From an uncultured Clostridia bacterium (lineage in GTDB: Bacteria > Bacillota > Clostridia > Christensenellales > UBA1242): a stretch of DNA of 64,000 bases. The notes beneath the pieces are model-generated. The model searched no databases. It saw nothing but the letters and a program-made list of their open reading frames with translations, and was not told the origin of the DNA. The position numbers and the translations under genes were made by a program. The stretch lies in contig CANSRZ010000006.1 of assembly GCA_947649575.1 (NCBI GenBank), forward strand, positions 12,957 to 76,956. Direction: 5' to 3'. Shown here in pieces: positions 1 through 10,648 of this stretch; the first letter of the stretch is position 1; each line of letters starts with the position of its first letter.

Positions 1-1
1 A

Positions 2-1078
2 TCGCGGGATTATATTTCTTGTGATATAAAAAAGTTGTTTTTCCCAAAAGATTACACAAAAGTTACTCAGTTGGAATGCTATTTCTCTTGCCCATTCAAG
101 CATTTTGTTAGATATGGTCTTAAACTGGACGAGCCTGTGCTTGCCTCTATTGAGCAGAAAGATATTGGCAATATTTGTCACCTTATGGCAGAGTTTTTTG
201 TTACGCAAAATATGCAAAGCCTAAGCGAACTGAATGAAAAGCAAATCAAGCAATTTATAGAAAGCAATTTTGACAATGTTGTAAATCAGCTTAATCTTGC
301 AAATTTGATTGATAATGTTGATGATAAATATACACTTATTTATTTTATCAAAAAGCAAATACAGACAGTTCTTTCAAGAATTTGCTATGAGCAAAAGCAT
401 TCAAAATTCAAGCCAATCTTTACAGAGAAAAATCTTGAGGGCATGCAGATTGCGATTGGCAATTCAAACAAAATGCTGGCTTTGCAAGGCAAGGTTGACA
501 GAATTGATAGTTTTGGAAATTATTTTAGGATTATAGACTATAAGACTGGCAAAGTTCATCCGCTTGTCAAAGATTTATATTATGGTGACAAGTTGCAACT
601 TTTTATTTATCAAAATGCTGTAAAAAATATGCTTAAACTTGTGCCTGGCGGAGTGTTTTATTTTGACTGCAAGTTTGACTTCTATGAAGAAGATAACGGC
701 ACTCTTATGAAAGGGCTTGTTGCAAAAGATGATGAAATTATTTCTGCAAGCGATACGCGTCTCGGTGTTTTAAATAAAAGCGACCTCATCAGCGTTGCCA
801 CAAAAAAGCAGTTTAAAGATGACACAAACTTTACTGGCAATGCCATAAGTAAGTTGCCGCTTACAAGTTTGCAAGCATATGCAAGCAAGGTGGCTTCAAA
901 AGCGCTTGAAGAAATTTGCGAGGGCTATATTTTGCCAAAGCCTGATGAAAATGCCTGTGCAAGTTGTGCATATCATGGCATATGCCTTTATGATTGTCAA
1001 AATGGCGTTCGTGAAAAGTCGCGGACAAGTCTTGATGATATTGAGCGATGCTTGAAAGGAGGTGAAAGCGATGAGTGA
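2..1078 (+). CDS. addB: AddB helicase-nuclease subunit, C-terminal part (5' end outside window)
   Basis: Frame is open from the window edge. It has a RecB-type nuclease motif (VDRID...RIIDYKTGK) and a terminal Cys cluster (CASCAYHGIC) as in AddB Fe-S nuclease domains. Its stop overlaps the addA start. Confidence 0.8.
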   Translation, partial: SRDYISCDIKKLFFPKDYTKVTQLECYFSCPFKHFVRYGLKLDEPVLASIEQKDIGNICHLMAEFFVTQNMQSLSELNEKQIKQFIESNFDNVVNQLNLANLIDNVDDKYTLIYFIKKQIQTVLSRICYEQKHSKFKPIFTEKNLEGMQIAIGNSNKMLALQGKVDRIDSFGNYFRIIDYKTGKVHPLVKDLYYGDKLQLFIYQNAVKNMLKLVPGGVFYFDCKFDFYEEDNGTLMKGLVAKDDEIISASDTRLGVLNKSDLISVATKKQFKDDTNFTGNAISKLPLTSLQAYASKVASKALEEICEGYILPKPDENACASCAYHGICLYDCQNGVREKSRTSLDDIERCLKGGESDE

Positions 1079-4000
1079 AAAAGCAAAAACTAACAAACTT
1101 GATATAGCTGAGAAAACGCTTTCTGCAACAGAGGAACAGCTTGAAGTTTTGAATAATAACGCCAAATCGCTTATAGTTTCAGCCTCAGCGGGGAGCGGAA
1201 AGACTTGGGTGCTTGTTGAATATATAACAAAACTGATTTGTGAAAAGAAAATTCCAGTAAAAAGATTGCTTGTTTTGACATTCACTAATGCTGGCGCAGG
1301 CGAAATGAAAGAGCGTTTGTTGAAATCAATTATGTCGCAAAAGCCAAACAAGTTTTTGCTTGAACAGATTGACGATATTCCTGTTGCTGACATCTGCACA
1401 ATAGACGCTTTTTGCGAAAAAGTTATAAAAAGAAACATCGAAAAGCTTGAACTTGATGAAAGTTTTATTGTGCTAGACGATGGCGGAGCATTGAAATTAA
1501 GATTAAACGCTTTCTCAAACTCTATTAAAGAATTTGAAGAAAAAAATCAAGAAGATTATCAATATATTTATAGTTCTTTTAAGAAAAATAAAGATTATTT
1601 GTTTAAATGTTTGCGATTTATTGAAGATTTTCTTGACGCGTCAGATAATCCGCAAGAGATTATTGAAAATATTTTAAATAAGCAAGAGTGCTTTTTTGAC
1701 CACGCTTGTCAATATTTGTTAACGGATTTTTTAACTAATTTCAATGAACTTGAAAATCAAGTCAGAAAATTGAACTTGCAAAACAGCAATGACAAATATA
1801 TCACTTTTGGCGCTGCAATTGTTGAAATTTTAAACAAACTGCATGTTGAAAATCTGTTTGAGCTTGCAAGCTTAGCAAATGTCATCACTTTGCCAACAAT
1901 GCCAAGATTGAGTGAAATGGAAGCAGACACAAATGTTAAAAATGCGTTGGCAGACATTAAAAACCAATTAAAAGATTTGCTAGACCAATTAAAAAGTTAT
2001 AATTTTGAAAACAAAACTTTGTTACAGCATATGAAACAAGGCAAATTGGCAGTCGGACTAGTAAAGCTGTATCAAGAATATAAAACTGCCTATACGCAAG
2101 CCAAGCTTTGCGAGGACTGTCTTGATTTTGGCGACATGGAAAGATATTGTCAAGAACTGTTAAACAACCAAGATGTGGCGTTAACTTTGCAAGAGAGTTA
2201 TGACTATGTGTTTATAGATGAATATCAAGATACAAACAGGTTGCAAGAAAAGATACTTAAAAATATTGCAAGCAAAGGTAATTTTGTTGCTGTTGGCGAC
2301 CCAAAGCAGGCGATTTATGGATTTAGAAATGCAACTATGCAAATAATGAAGTCTGATATTGAAACAAACAACGCTTCAAACTCTGGCAATGTCGTGTTCC
2401 TGCGAGGCAATTTTAGAAGTGATAAACGGGTGCTTGACTTTGTCAACAGTGTGTTCAAAGTTCTTATGAAAGAAAGCAATGTTGGGATAGATTATTCGTC
2501 AACTTCTATGCTGGACGGCTTAGCCCCATATATTTATGATAAAGATAAAGCTGTTGAAGTTTGTTTTGTTAAGCCAAAAGAAAATGAAATTCAAGAAAAA
2601 AATCAAGTTTATAGCGTAAAAAACGACCTTTTGCAAGAAAAAAACAAGGATTTGCTTGAAATTAACACAATAATTGCTTTTATTGACGATATGTTAACTA
2701 AACAGATTTATGACATCAAAGAGCAAAGGTGGCGTGCTGTTGAGTTTAACGATATTGTTGTGCTTATGAGAAGTCGTGGCGATCTTATGCAAGGCTTGGA
2801 AAGCCAATTAAAGCTTAAAGGTTATGCTGTTGTGGCTGATAACAAAGAGTGTTTGACTGAGGATGGCGAAATTGAAATGCTTATCAATTTTCTTAATTTT
2901 TGCCTTGATAAAAATAATCAAGTTGCATTTGTGTCAATCTTGCTTTCTAAACTTGGCGGAATGGAGGTTCAAGAAATATCTGAGATAACAAGCCTTTATG
3001 ATAAAGATACTTTTGAAAACTTGATAAATTCTGACAATGCCAAGGTTAATGCATTGCTTGAAAAAATTCAAACCTTTAAATCAGAGTATGAAATTTATGG
3101 CATTCGTCATGCTTTTGAAAGACTATTTGACAAATGTGACTATTTTGCTTATTTATCTTATTTAGGAGAAAGCAAAAAGCAGGCAGTGGAGAAATTTTTG
3201 AATATAATTTCTCAAAGTGGATTTAATTATTCAATCGCCTCTTTGATAGCATATTTGAATTCCCTTTCTGCTGGCAAACTTGAAAATGCCGACGCTGTCA
3301 GCAATGCCATAACTCTTATGACAATTCATGGAAGCAAGGGTTTGGAATTTCCAATTGTTATCTTGGCGGGGTGTGGCAAGAATTTGAATAGTGGCAACAA
3401 AACCTCTTATGAAATAAATGAAAAATATGGGCTTTCAACTATGGAGTTTGACATTGATTTACTTGCAAAAACAAGAACTCCTCAATTGGAAATGGCAAGG
3501 CGTCTTAAAAAACTGAGGGAATATATTGACGAACTTATGATTTTCTATGTGGCATTGACTCGTGCAAAGAACAAGCTTGTTTTGACAGGAACTTTTGATT
3601 TTGAAAAACAAAAGCTGGCTCAGACAACTGATTTCTTTAAAGGGAAAACATATTTTGATTGGCTGATTATGAGTCTGTCAGAGGCTGACAAAAATAATCT
3701 TTTAAACAACGAAGAATATGAAAATGAATTTGCACATTTTGTTAAAGTGAACGAAGTTCAAAATTTGAAAGCAATTGAAAAAGAAAATTTAATTATTGAA
3801 GAGGATAAAGATTTAACTGAAAAAATTATAAAATATTTAGATTTTGTTTATCCAAATTTAAATTTAGCAAAAGTAGAATTTAAAAATTCTGTAACAGGCC
3901 TTTTAAAAATCAATTTAGATGAAAACGAGGTGGAAACAGAAGAGAGTAATTTATCAGATTTGTTTATGGACAAACCCCAGCCGACGGGTCAGTTCACTTT

Positions 4001-4493
4001 TGCAGAAATTGGAACATTATATCATGATATATTGAAATTGACAGATTTTTCAAAAATAAGCTCGATGCAAGATTTGCTTGAACAAATTTCAATTTTGCAA
4101 ACTGGCGGATTTATAACCAAAGAACAAATAGATATTTTAGATTTGGACATTTTGTTTAAAGACATAATAATTTTGAAAAATTTAACAAAAAATATGAAAA
4201 TATTTAAAGAAAAACCTTTTATTATGAAAATTCCATTAAATGAAATATTTAATTGTCAATTAAAAAACTATATTTTAGTTCAAGGTGTTGTTGATATGTT
4301 TTGCCTTGGCGAGCAAAATATTTTAGTAGATTATAAATTTACCTCTATAAAAAATCAAGAAAAAATATTAGAAAAATATTCTAAACAATTGATTTTATAT
4401 TCAAAAGCAATAGAAAAAGCATTTAATATAAAATTAAATAAAAAATACATTTTTTCATTAAAAAACAGCCAATTAATTGAATTTTTTGAATAA
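1071..4493 (+). CDS. addA: AddA ATP-dependent helicase/nuclease (UvrD-like helicase plus C-terminal RecB nuclease)
   Basis: Walker A (SASAGSGKT), DEYQDT box, HGSKGLEF motif and a C-terminal nuclease motif (VDYKF). AGGAGG lies 8 nt upstream of ATG 1071; the ORF-track start at 1062 is an upstream GTG. Confidence 0.9.
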   Translation: MSEKAKTNKLDIAEKTLSATEEQLEVLNNNAKSLIVSASAGSGKTWVLVEYITKLICEKKIPVKRLLVLTFTNAGAGEMKERLLKSIMSQKPNKFLLEQIDDIPVADICTIDAFCEKVIKRNIEKLELDESFIVLDDGGALKLRLNAFSNSIKEFEEKNQEDYQYIYSSFKKNKDYLFKCLRFIEDFLDASDNPQEIIENILNKQECFFDHACQYLLTDFLTNFNELENQVRKLNLQNSNDKYITFGAAIVEILNKLHVENLFELASLANVITLPTMPRLSEMEADTNVKNALADIKNQLKDLLDQLKSYNFENKTLLQHMKQGKLAVGLVKLYQEYKTAYTQAKLCEDCLDFGDMERYCQELLNNQDVALTLQESYDYVFIDEYQDTNRLQEKILKNIASKGNFVAVGDPKQAIYGFRNATMQIMKSDIETNNASNSGNVVFLRGNFRSDKRVLDFVNSVFKVLMKESNVGIDYSSTSMLDGLAPYIYDKDKAVEVCFVKPKENEIQEKNQVYSVKNDLLQEKNKDLLEINTIIAFIDDMLTKQIYDIKEQRWRAVEFNDIVVLMRSRGDLMQGLESQLKLKGYAVVADNKECLTEDGEIEMLINFLNFCLDKNNQVAFVSILLSKLGGMEVQEISEITSLYDKDTFENLINSDNAKVNALLEKIQTFKSEYEIYGIRHAFERLFDKCDYFAYLSYLGESKKQAVEKFLNIISQSGFNYSIASLIAYLNSLSAGKLENADAVSNAITLMTIHGSKGLEFPIVILAGCGKNLNSGNKTSYEINEKYGLSTMEFDIDLLAKTRTPQLEMARRLKKLREYIDELMIFYVALTRAKNKLVLTGTFDFEKQKLAQTTDFFKGKTYFDWLIMSLSEADKNNLLNNEEYENEFAHFVKVNEVQNLKAIEKENLIIEEDKDLTEKIIKYLDFVYPNLNLAKVEFKNSVTGLLKINLDENEVETEESNLSDLFMDKPQPTGQFTFAEIGTLYHDILKLTDFSKISSMQDLLEQISILQTGGFITKEQIDILDLDILFKDIIILKNLTKNMKIFKEKPFIMKIPLNEIFNCQLKNYILVQGVVDMFCLGEQNILVDYKFTSIKNQEKILEKYSKQLILYSKAIEKAFNIKLNKKYIFSLKNSQLIEFFE

Positions 4494-4682
4494 TTTTTTA
4501 AAAATCCTCTTTTTCTTTATTTTAAAGGAGAAAAAATATTTAAAAAATAATTATTTTTAATATTTTTGAATTAAAAATTAAATATCGAAAAAAATAAAAA
4601 TAAATGAAAATATTTGTTAAAATTATTTTTATTTATTTTTTTAATGTGTTATACTACATATATATTTTAGGAGGATAATATT

Positions 4683-7025
4683 ATGTTGTCATTGTTATGT
4701 GATATTGAAAGTTCTTTGACTAATTTTTTTAGACAAGTTACTTCGGCAATAAAATTCAATGGCCTTTTTGCAATCGCAATTTGCGTTGAAATATTTTTTA
4801 TATTTCTATTTTTGTTAAGGTCTGCTTTCTCTTATGAACTTCGCCTGCGCAGAAGTCTGGATAAAGTGAACGGTTGGCTTTTTAAAAACAAAAAGTTAGA
4901 TAAAGACAATATTAAAGAATTTAACGAACTTGTCAAAAAAGGTCCAAAACGTTTGGTTTATTATTGGCAACAATTTATTCTCTATCGTGAAAAGGAACCT
5001 ACATATTATATGTCTATGGACAATCTTGTAGAGAAACCTTTGAAATCTTCTGGCTTTGCCAACAATATCAAAAATCTTAATATTGTGACTTGCCTTTGGT
5101 CTGCATTCATCTTGCTTATGGGCGTTGCTTACCAATTTGCAAACGGTGACGGCTCATTAAGACTTGGCGCGCTTGTTGGAATTTTGATTTTGCCAGTTTT
5201 AATCTTGGTTATTGGATATATTACAACAATCATTATGCGTGCAAGAAAAATTGCTAACCTTGATGAAATTTATCACATGTATCACATCTTTGCAAGATTT
5301 ATCAACAATGCAAGTGTAGATCTTCCTCCATATATTGATTATGATATTTTATTCTCTCCAAAAGAGATTGAAAAAGGAAATCCTCAGCTTCGCGAATATT
5401 ATGAAACTCGCGCAAGAAAAGCAAAAGAGGAGTTTGAAAAAACAAAACAAAGTGACATTGAATATGTTGAATACAATTTCCAAGACGCTGGCGTAGACGG
5501 GTCACTTGTGCTTGAAAGAGCTATGAAAGAAAGTGAAAGCTTTTCTAACAAAAAGTCTAGCACTCTTGCAAAGATTGCACATGTTGACGCTCAAAAAGAA
5601 GCTTTGAAACGTAACTATGAAAATGTTCAGAAAGATTTGCAACGCAAAATTCAGACTTCAAAAGAAAATATTCAAAAACTTATTCAACAACAAGAAGCAA
5701 CAACAAACAGAATGGAAGTTGGCTTCTTGAGAAAGCAACAAGAGCAAGAACTTGCTAAGCAAGAGGCTCTTCAAGCAGAGTATGATCAAGAAGAAACTCG
5801 TTATGCTGTATCTAATGAAGAACTTAATCAAGAAATCACTGCTCTTAATAAGCAACTTGATGAGGCTAAAGAAAATGTTCAAAAAGCCATGGTGGCAGAG
5901 TATCAATCTTTCTATGAAAAGATTATGAAAACCGCTTATGAAAATGCAGAAAGTCGTGTAGCAAAAGAAAAGACAGAACTTAGACATGCAAAAGACAAAA
6001 ATGAAAAAGACCTTATTGTTGTTCAAACCCAGGTTAAACGTTTGATTGATGAAAATGAAACTTTGCGTGCTAGATTCAATGAGGGTAAACCTGTTGAAGA
6101 ACAAATCCCTGCAACTTCACAAGTACAAGAAGTTGTTCAAGAGCAAGAAACTCCAAAAGGGCAATATGATGTAAATGGCAACTATGTTTATGAAGACGGC
6201 TCTTATCATGATCCAAACGGATTATTCCATGACGTCGACGGCAAAATCTATGACATGAATGGCACACTTATAAGAGAGCCAGAAGATGATAAAATAATTG
6301 AGCCAACTCCTGTTCAGGAAGCGCCTGTTCAACAAGAACCTGTTCAAGCACAGCCAGTTCAAGAGCCTGTTCAGCCAAAACCTGCTGAATATATGGTGGA
6401 AGATGTCAGTCTTGATGAAATCTTTGGTGAACCTGCTCAGCCAACAGCACCTGTTCAAGCACAGCCAGCTCATCAATCAGAGCAAACTCCTGTTCAGACA
6501 GAGCCTGCACCTGTTCAGCCAACTTATGTGGCAGAAAAAGCACCTGCTCAATCAGCAAGCAGAGGAAGAGGTCGCCCTAAAAAAGTGGTAACTGAACCTG
6601 CTCAGCCTAAAGAGCCTAAAAAACGGGGGCGTCCCAAGAAAAACGAGTCTAGTATAGGTTCGAAAACAAGCGCAAGCAAAACAACAGCAAAACGCTCGCC
6701 TTATAAAACAACAACTTCAAAGGCTAAGGCTAATGACGATTTGGACCTTGTGAGTCTTGCCAAAATCAACAAGCTTATCACAGAGGAAGAAAGCAGGCTT
6801 AGCAAAATGAAAGCACTTGTTAATTCTGAGATCACTGATGCCTTGAATGATAATGAGGCTCAAGAAATCAATGATGAGCGTCAAGAAATCATGAAAGCTG
6901 TTGAAGCGCTTAGAATGAAAGCTGAAGAAGCTAAACAAGAAGGGAAATCTGAGCAAGAGCTTGCAGGAATCAATGCAAGGCTTGAAAGTCTTATTAAAGA
7001 GATTTCAGAACTTAATAAAAAATAA
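4683..7025 (+). CDS. Membrane-anchored coiled-coil protein with PVQ repeats and two AT-hook-like RGRP cores; function unknown
   Basis: TAGGAGG RBS. N-terminal hydrophobic segments, a long E/K/Q-rich region, and the motifs SRGRGRPKK and KRGRPKK. Confidence 0.65.
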   Translation: MLSLLCDIESSLTNFFRQVTSAIKFNGLFAIAICVEIFFIFLFLLRSAFSYELRLRRSLDKVNGWLFKNKKLDKDNIKEFNELVKKGPKRLVYYWQQFILYREKEPTYYMSMDNLVEKPLKSSGFANNIKNLNIVTCLWSAFILLMGVAYQFANGDGSLRLGALVGILILPVLILVIGYITTIIMRARKIANLDEIYHMYHIFARFINNASVDLPPYIDYDILFSPKEIEKGNPQLREYYETRARKAKEEFEKTKQSDIEYVEYNFQDAGVDGSLVLERAMKESESFSNKKSSTLAKIAHVDAQKEALKRNYENVQKDLQRKIQTSKENIQKLIQQQEATTNRMEVGFLRKQQEQELAKQEALQAEYDQEETRYAVSNEELNQEITALNKQLDEAKENVQKAMVAEYQSFYEKIMKTAYENAESRVAKEKTELRHAKDKNEKDLIVVQTQVKRLIDENETLRARFNEGKPVEEQIPATSQVQEVVQEQETPKGQYDVNGNYVYEDGSYHDPNGLFHDVDGKIYDMNGTLIREPEDDKIIEPTPVQEAPVQQEPVQAQPVQEPVQPKPAEYMVEDVSLDEIFGEPAQPTAPVQAQPAHQSEQTPVQTEPAPVQPTYVAEKAPAQSASRGRGRPKKVVTEPAQPKEPKKRGRPKKNESSIGSKTSASKTTAKRSPYKTTTSKAKANDDLDLVSLAKINKLITEEESRLSKMKALVNSEITDALNDNEAQEINDERQEIMKAVEALRMKAEEAKQEGKSEQELAGINARLESLIKEISELNKK

Positions 7026-7111
7026 GAAGAGTTAATCCACTCTTCTTTTTTTGTAACAAATAAAAATTAAAAAGAAATTTGTCATTATCACTTTAAATTT
7101 AAAAAGTTTTG

Positions 7112-7120
7112 TGCTAAAAT
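7112..7120 (+). promoter_or_regulatory. Extended -10 promoter (TGCTAAAAT) placed 6 nt before the ATG; candidate leaderless transcript
   Basis: TG-C-TAAAAT at 7112-7120 and ATG at 7127, with no Shine-Dalgarno sequence between them. Confidence 0.5.
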
Positions 7121-7126
7121 ATTGCC

Positions 7127-7909
7127 ATGCGAGTTGTTAATCTAGCCTCAGGCAGTGACGGAAACTTAACATATATTGAAACTGATAACAGCAAGATTTT
7201 GCTGGATATGGGTCTGTCATGCACTGAAACAACCAAGAGATTGGAGCTGTTGAATGTTAGTCCTGGTGATATAGATGCTATTCTTGTCACTCATCAACAC
7301 TCAGATCACATAAAAGGTCTTGATGTGTTTTCATCTAAGTATAATGTCCCAATTTATTCTCATCGAGAAATTTGGGATGGCTTAGATGAAAAGTTGAATA
7401 AAGTTAGTTTAAGAAACAGGAAAGCATTTGACGGCGATTTTGAGTTTAAAGATTTGACTATTATGCCATTTGAAGTGCCTCATGATGTTAAATGTTTTGC
7501 GTTCTCATTTTTGAACGATGGCAGAAAAGTTAGTGTAATGACTGACCTTGGTCATGTTAATGATGTGATTTTAAGCAAGATTGAGCATAGCCAACTTGTT
7601 TATCTTGAAGCAAATTATGACAAGCAAATGTTGATGAATGGTGATAAATATCCACTTACTCTAAAAAGAAGAATTGCAGGTCCAAGAGGGCATTTGTCAA
7701 ATGACGATAGTGCGTCAGTTGCAAAATTTTTAACTCAAACTGGCACAAGACAAATTGTTTTATCCCATGTTAGCAAAGAGAATAATACTCCATCGCTAGC
7801 CTATGAGTACATATGTGAAAAACTTTATCAAGAGGGAATTGAAGAGGGGAAAGGTGTTAAAATTGATGTCGCTTCCCCTCGTCCAGGAGCAATTTTTAAG
7901 TTAAAATAG
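7127..7909 (+). CDS. MBL-fold metallo-hydrolase (YycJ/WalJ-like)
   Basis: HQHSDH metal-binding motif and the N-terminal LASGSDGN signature of the beta-lactamase fold. Confidence 0.75.
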   Translation: MRVVNLASGSDGNLTYIETDNSKILLDMGLSCTETTKRLELLNVSPGDIDAILVTHQHSDHIKGLDVFSSKYNVPIYSHREIWDGLDEKLNKVSLRNRKAFDGDFEFKDLTIMPFEVPHDVKCFAFSFLNDGRKVSVMTDLGHVNDVILSKIEHSQLVYLEANYDKQMLMNGDKYPLTLKRRIAGPRGHLSNDDSASVAKFLTQTGTRQIVLSHVSKENNTPSLAYEYICEKLYQEGIEEGKGVKIDVASPRPGAIFKLK

Positions 7910-8113
7910 CCAAAAATATAAAGATTATAGAAATTTAAATGTTATTTTTAAACCCCAAATTTGCGAAAAATGCCCAATTTGGGGCTTTTTTAAGTCAAAT
8001 TTAATAAAAAATCACAGAAAAGTGCATAATTTGCATATATTTTTTTATTATACCCCTTGAAAAATCAAAAAATTTGTGCTAAAATATATAAAGTAATGGA
8101 GGGAACAAAATCT

Positions 8114-10561
8114 ATGGAAGAAAAAAATATAAACACTATTTATCAACTTTCAGAATTAATGAGTGAGGGTAAGCCAGGGAATGACGTTGCCAACTTTATG
8201 ATTGAAAACAATAAGTTGACTGATATGCAGTTTGGAGATGTCCTTGTTAAGGACAATAATGGAAACATTATGCGTAATGCGGACTATAGTCCTGTTATTG
8301 AAGAGGGTTTTAATATGCATAGCCTTGCTTCTTCGTTTGTAACTGATAATATGGATGTTGAAGATTTTGGCAAAGAGTTGGAATCAAAACGTAATGCTAA
8401 TGTTGTATCAAAAATCAAAAACTCTGCTATTGACAATGAAGCATGGAATGATATTAAGTTAAGCCGTAAAAATAAAGAGGTTAAACATAAATCGCCTGCT
8501 TGCAAAGTTGCAAGTTTTATTCAAGATAAAGATTTTGGCATTGAAGATGTTGACGGAGTATTTACTAACGCTAGCGACAACATGATTTTGTTGGAAAGCT
8601 TAACCAATGATGGAGAAGTAAGCAAAGTTCAAAATGCCAACAAGCCTGTTGAAATCTTTATGTGGCGCGCTTTAAGATATTTTGGCGAAATGAAAAGAAA
8701 GGTTATTGTTTCCTCAAAGAAAAACCCTGATGAAAAAATTGTTAAAGAAGAGGACTATAATCCACTTACTCCATTTGTTGCAACTGCAATTTTAGCAAGA
8801 ACTTTTGCTGGCACATATTATGGCAAAAAGAGCGCAATGGTTGATAATATTGAAAATGTTCTTGAAACTTATATGTTGGCTCTTATCAAACATGATATGG
8901 TTGGAACTCAAAGATATACTGGCAAAGAATATGACACTGCTCTTATAGAAAATATTGTTAATGATGCAATCAATTTGGTAGATGTGGCTGTTGAAAATAT
9001 CAATCTTCAAGAAAACGGAAATAAAATCACTGTTAAACCTAGCGCATATCTTCACGATCTTAACTTGTGCAAAACTTTGGGCGTTGCACCAATGGATGTA
9101 GAGCATATTATGTCTGATATTGATCAAGGCGCAACATCTCCACTTAGTTATGTAGATGAAAGAGGATTTACAACACCTATTTTTGCAGATGAAAGCGATT
9201 TTGTGTTTGCTGATGAACAAGATCTTGTTAAACTTGTTGCAAGCGGTGAGAAAAATCAAGTTTGGTCAGCGCTTAAAAGAATCCAGGCTGAAATTGTTGG
9301 CGTAGATGTAAATGGCGGTCAAGTGGATAGCAGATTTGTTGACCATACAAAGAACTTGCAATTTGCTGTTAGGGCTGTAAAACTTTTGGAAATCGCTGGG
9401 CTTGCTAACAAAAACCCTGAACTTGCACAGCAACTTGCTGAGGGCTTTGCAGAAGTTTACTCAGAGGGCGCTGTTGTATATAAAAACAACGAAGAACTTG
9501 CTGAGTTTGTTAAAACTGACCTTGAATACTTTTTGTCAAACCATCCTGAAATCAATAGGTTGGACTTGGCTAAGGCATCAATAAATAAAGTTATAGATAA
9601 AGCTCTTGCAAATTGGAGAGAGAATGGCAATAAAAAGCCTGCAACAAAAACTGTAAAGGCAAAGAAAGTTGAGTCTAAACAAGAAAGCAAAGCAGCAGAG
9701 TCAAAGGTTGAAAAGAAAGAAGAAAAACCTGTAAAAGAAAAGAAAGAGCCAGCTCCACAAACTGAAGAGGTTAAGCCTGCTGTTGAACAACCTAAAGAGA
9801 ACAAAGAAAAAGTTGTTCCAGAAGTAGTAAATAATGAAGAAAAACCTGCAACAGAGAAACCTGCTGCTGAAAACAAAACAGAAGAAAAGAAACCTGTAGC
9901 AAAGAAGAAAGTAGTTAAAAAGACTGCACCTGCTACTAAAAAACCAGTTGTGAAGAAAGAAGAAGTTGCTCCACAAGTTGAAAATAAAGAGGAAGTTAAA
10001 CCTGTTGAAGAGAAACCTAAGGCTAAAACACCTGCAAAGAAAACTTCTAACACTCAAACAAAGAAAAAGGCAACAGTTAAAAAGACTGTAAAACCTGCAG
10101 AAAAAACTGAAGAACTTGCAGAAACAACACTTGCAAAGAAAGCTCCTGCAAAACGCAAGACTAAAACTGAAAAGGTTTCAGAGGCAACTCCTGAAGTTAA
10201 AAATCTTGAACAACTTAAACTTATTGCTCAAGAAAGTGCAGTTAAGTTTGCAGACTTGATTGTAACAGGTTCAAATGTGCCTGCTGCAAAGGTTACTTAT
10301 ATGGCAAAAGTTGCAGCAAACTTCAGATCTGACGCAGCAAGAGGAACTATTGAAAATAGACAACTTACTGCAACAGAAAAAAATGCATTCCAAAAAATGC
10401 CTGTAGAAGTTCGTGAAGCTATCAGAGCTTTGGCAGATTTGAAAGAGGAAGCTTTGCCAAATGAAAAATATGCAATTTCAGAGGGAGAAGCAATTGCTCG
10501 TCAAATCTCAGAAAGTTATGATGAAGCTCATAAGAAATCTTCAGACGAAGAAAGACAATAA
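8114..10561 (+). CDS. Large hypothetical protein with a K/E/P/A-rich low-complexity region (histone-H1-like KKxxAKK runs)
   Basis: Long ORF. GGAGGG lies 10 nt upstream of ATG 8114; alternative in-frame ATG at 8096. The antisense ORFs inside the repeat region look compositional. Confidence 0.6.
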   Translation: MEEKNINTIYQLSELMSEGKPGNDVANFMIENNKLTDMQFGDVLVKDNNGNIMRNADYSPVIEEGFNMHSLASSFVTDNMDVEDFGKELESKRNANVVSKIKNSAIDNEAWNDIKLSRKNKEVKHKSPACKVASFIQDKDFGIEDVDGVFTNASDNMILLESLTNDGEVSKVQNANKPVEIFMWRALRYFGEMKRKVIVSSKKNPDEKIVKEEDYNPLTPFVATAILARTFAGTYYGKKSAMVDNIENVLETYMLALIKHDMVGTQRYTGKEYDTALIENIVNDAINLVDVAVENINLQENGNKITVKPSAYLHDLNLCKTLGVAPMDVEHIMSDIDQGATSPLSYVDERGFTTPIFADESDFVFADEQDLVKLVASGEKNQVWSALKRIQAEIVGVDVNGGQVDSRFVDHTKNLQFAVRAVKLLEIAGLANKNPELAQQLAEGFAEVYSEGAVVYKNNEELAEFVKTDLEYFLSNHPEINRLDLAKASINKVIDKALANWRENGNKKPATKTVKAKKVESKQESKAAESKVEKKEEKPVKEKKEPAPQTEEVKPAVEQPKENKEKVVPEVVNNEEKPATEKPAAENKTEEKKPVAKKKVVKKTAPATKKPVVKKEEVAPQVENKEEVKPVEEKPKAKTPAKKTSNTQTKKKATVKKTVKPAEKTEELAETTLAKKAPAKRKTKTEKVSEATPEVKNLEQLKLIAQESAVKFADLIVTGSNVPAAKVTYMAKVAANFRSDAARGTIENRQLTATEKNAFQKMPVEVREAIRALADLKEEALPNEKYAISEGEAIARQISESYDEAHKKSSDEERQ

Positions 10562-10564
10562 AAC

Positions 10565-10597
10565 AAAAAACTCAGTGAACCTCGCTGAGTTTTTTTG
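10565..10597. terminator. Bidirectional intrinsic terminator between convergent genes
   Basis: A-run, CTCAGTG...CGCTGAG hairpin, then a T-run. Confidence 0.6.
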
Positions 10598-10648
10598 TGT
10601 GTCAATGACACTTTTTATTATGAAAATATAGTATTTTTATATAAATAA

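Noticed and set aside
9457-10057. Antisense ORFs (198 aa and 118 aa) inside the K/E/P-rich region of the 8114-10561 gene.
   Set aside because: Their translations are low-complexity mirror images (S/F/L-rich) of the sense-strand repeat. They lack an RBS and are typical shadow ORFs.
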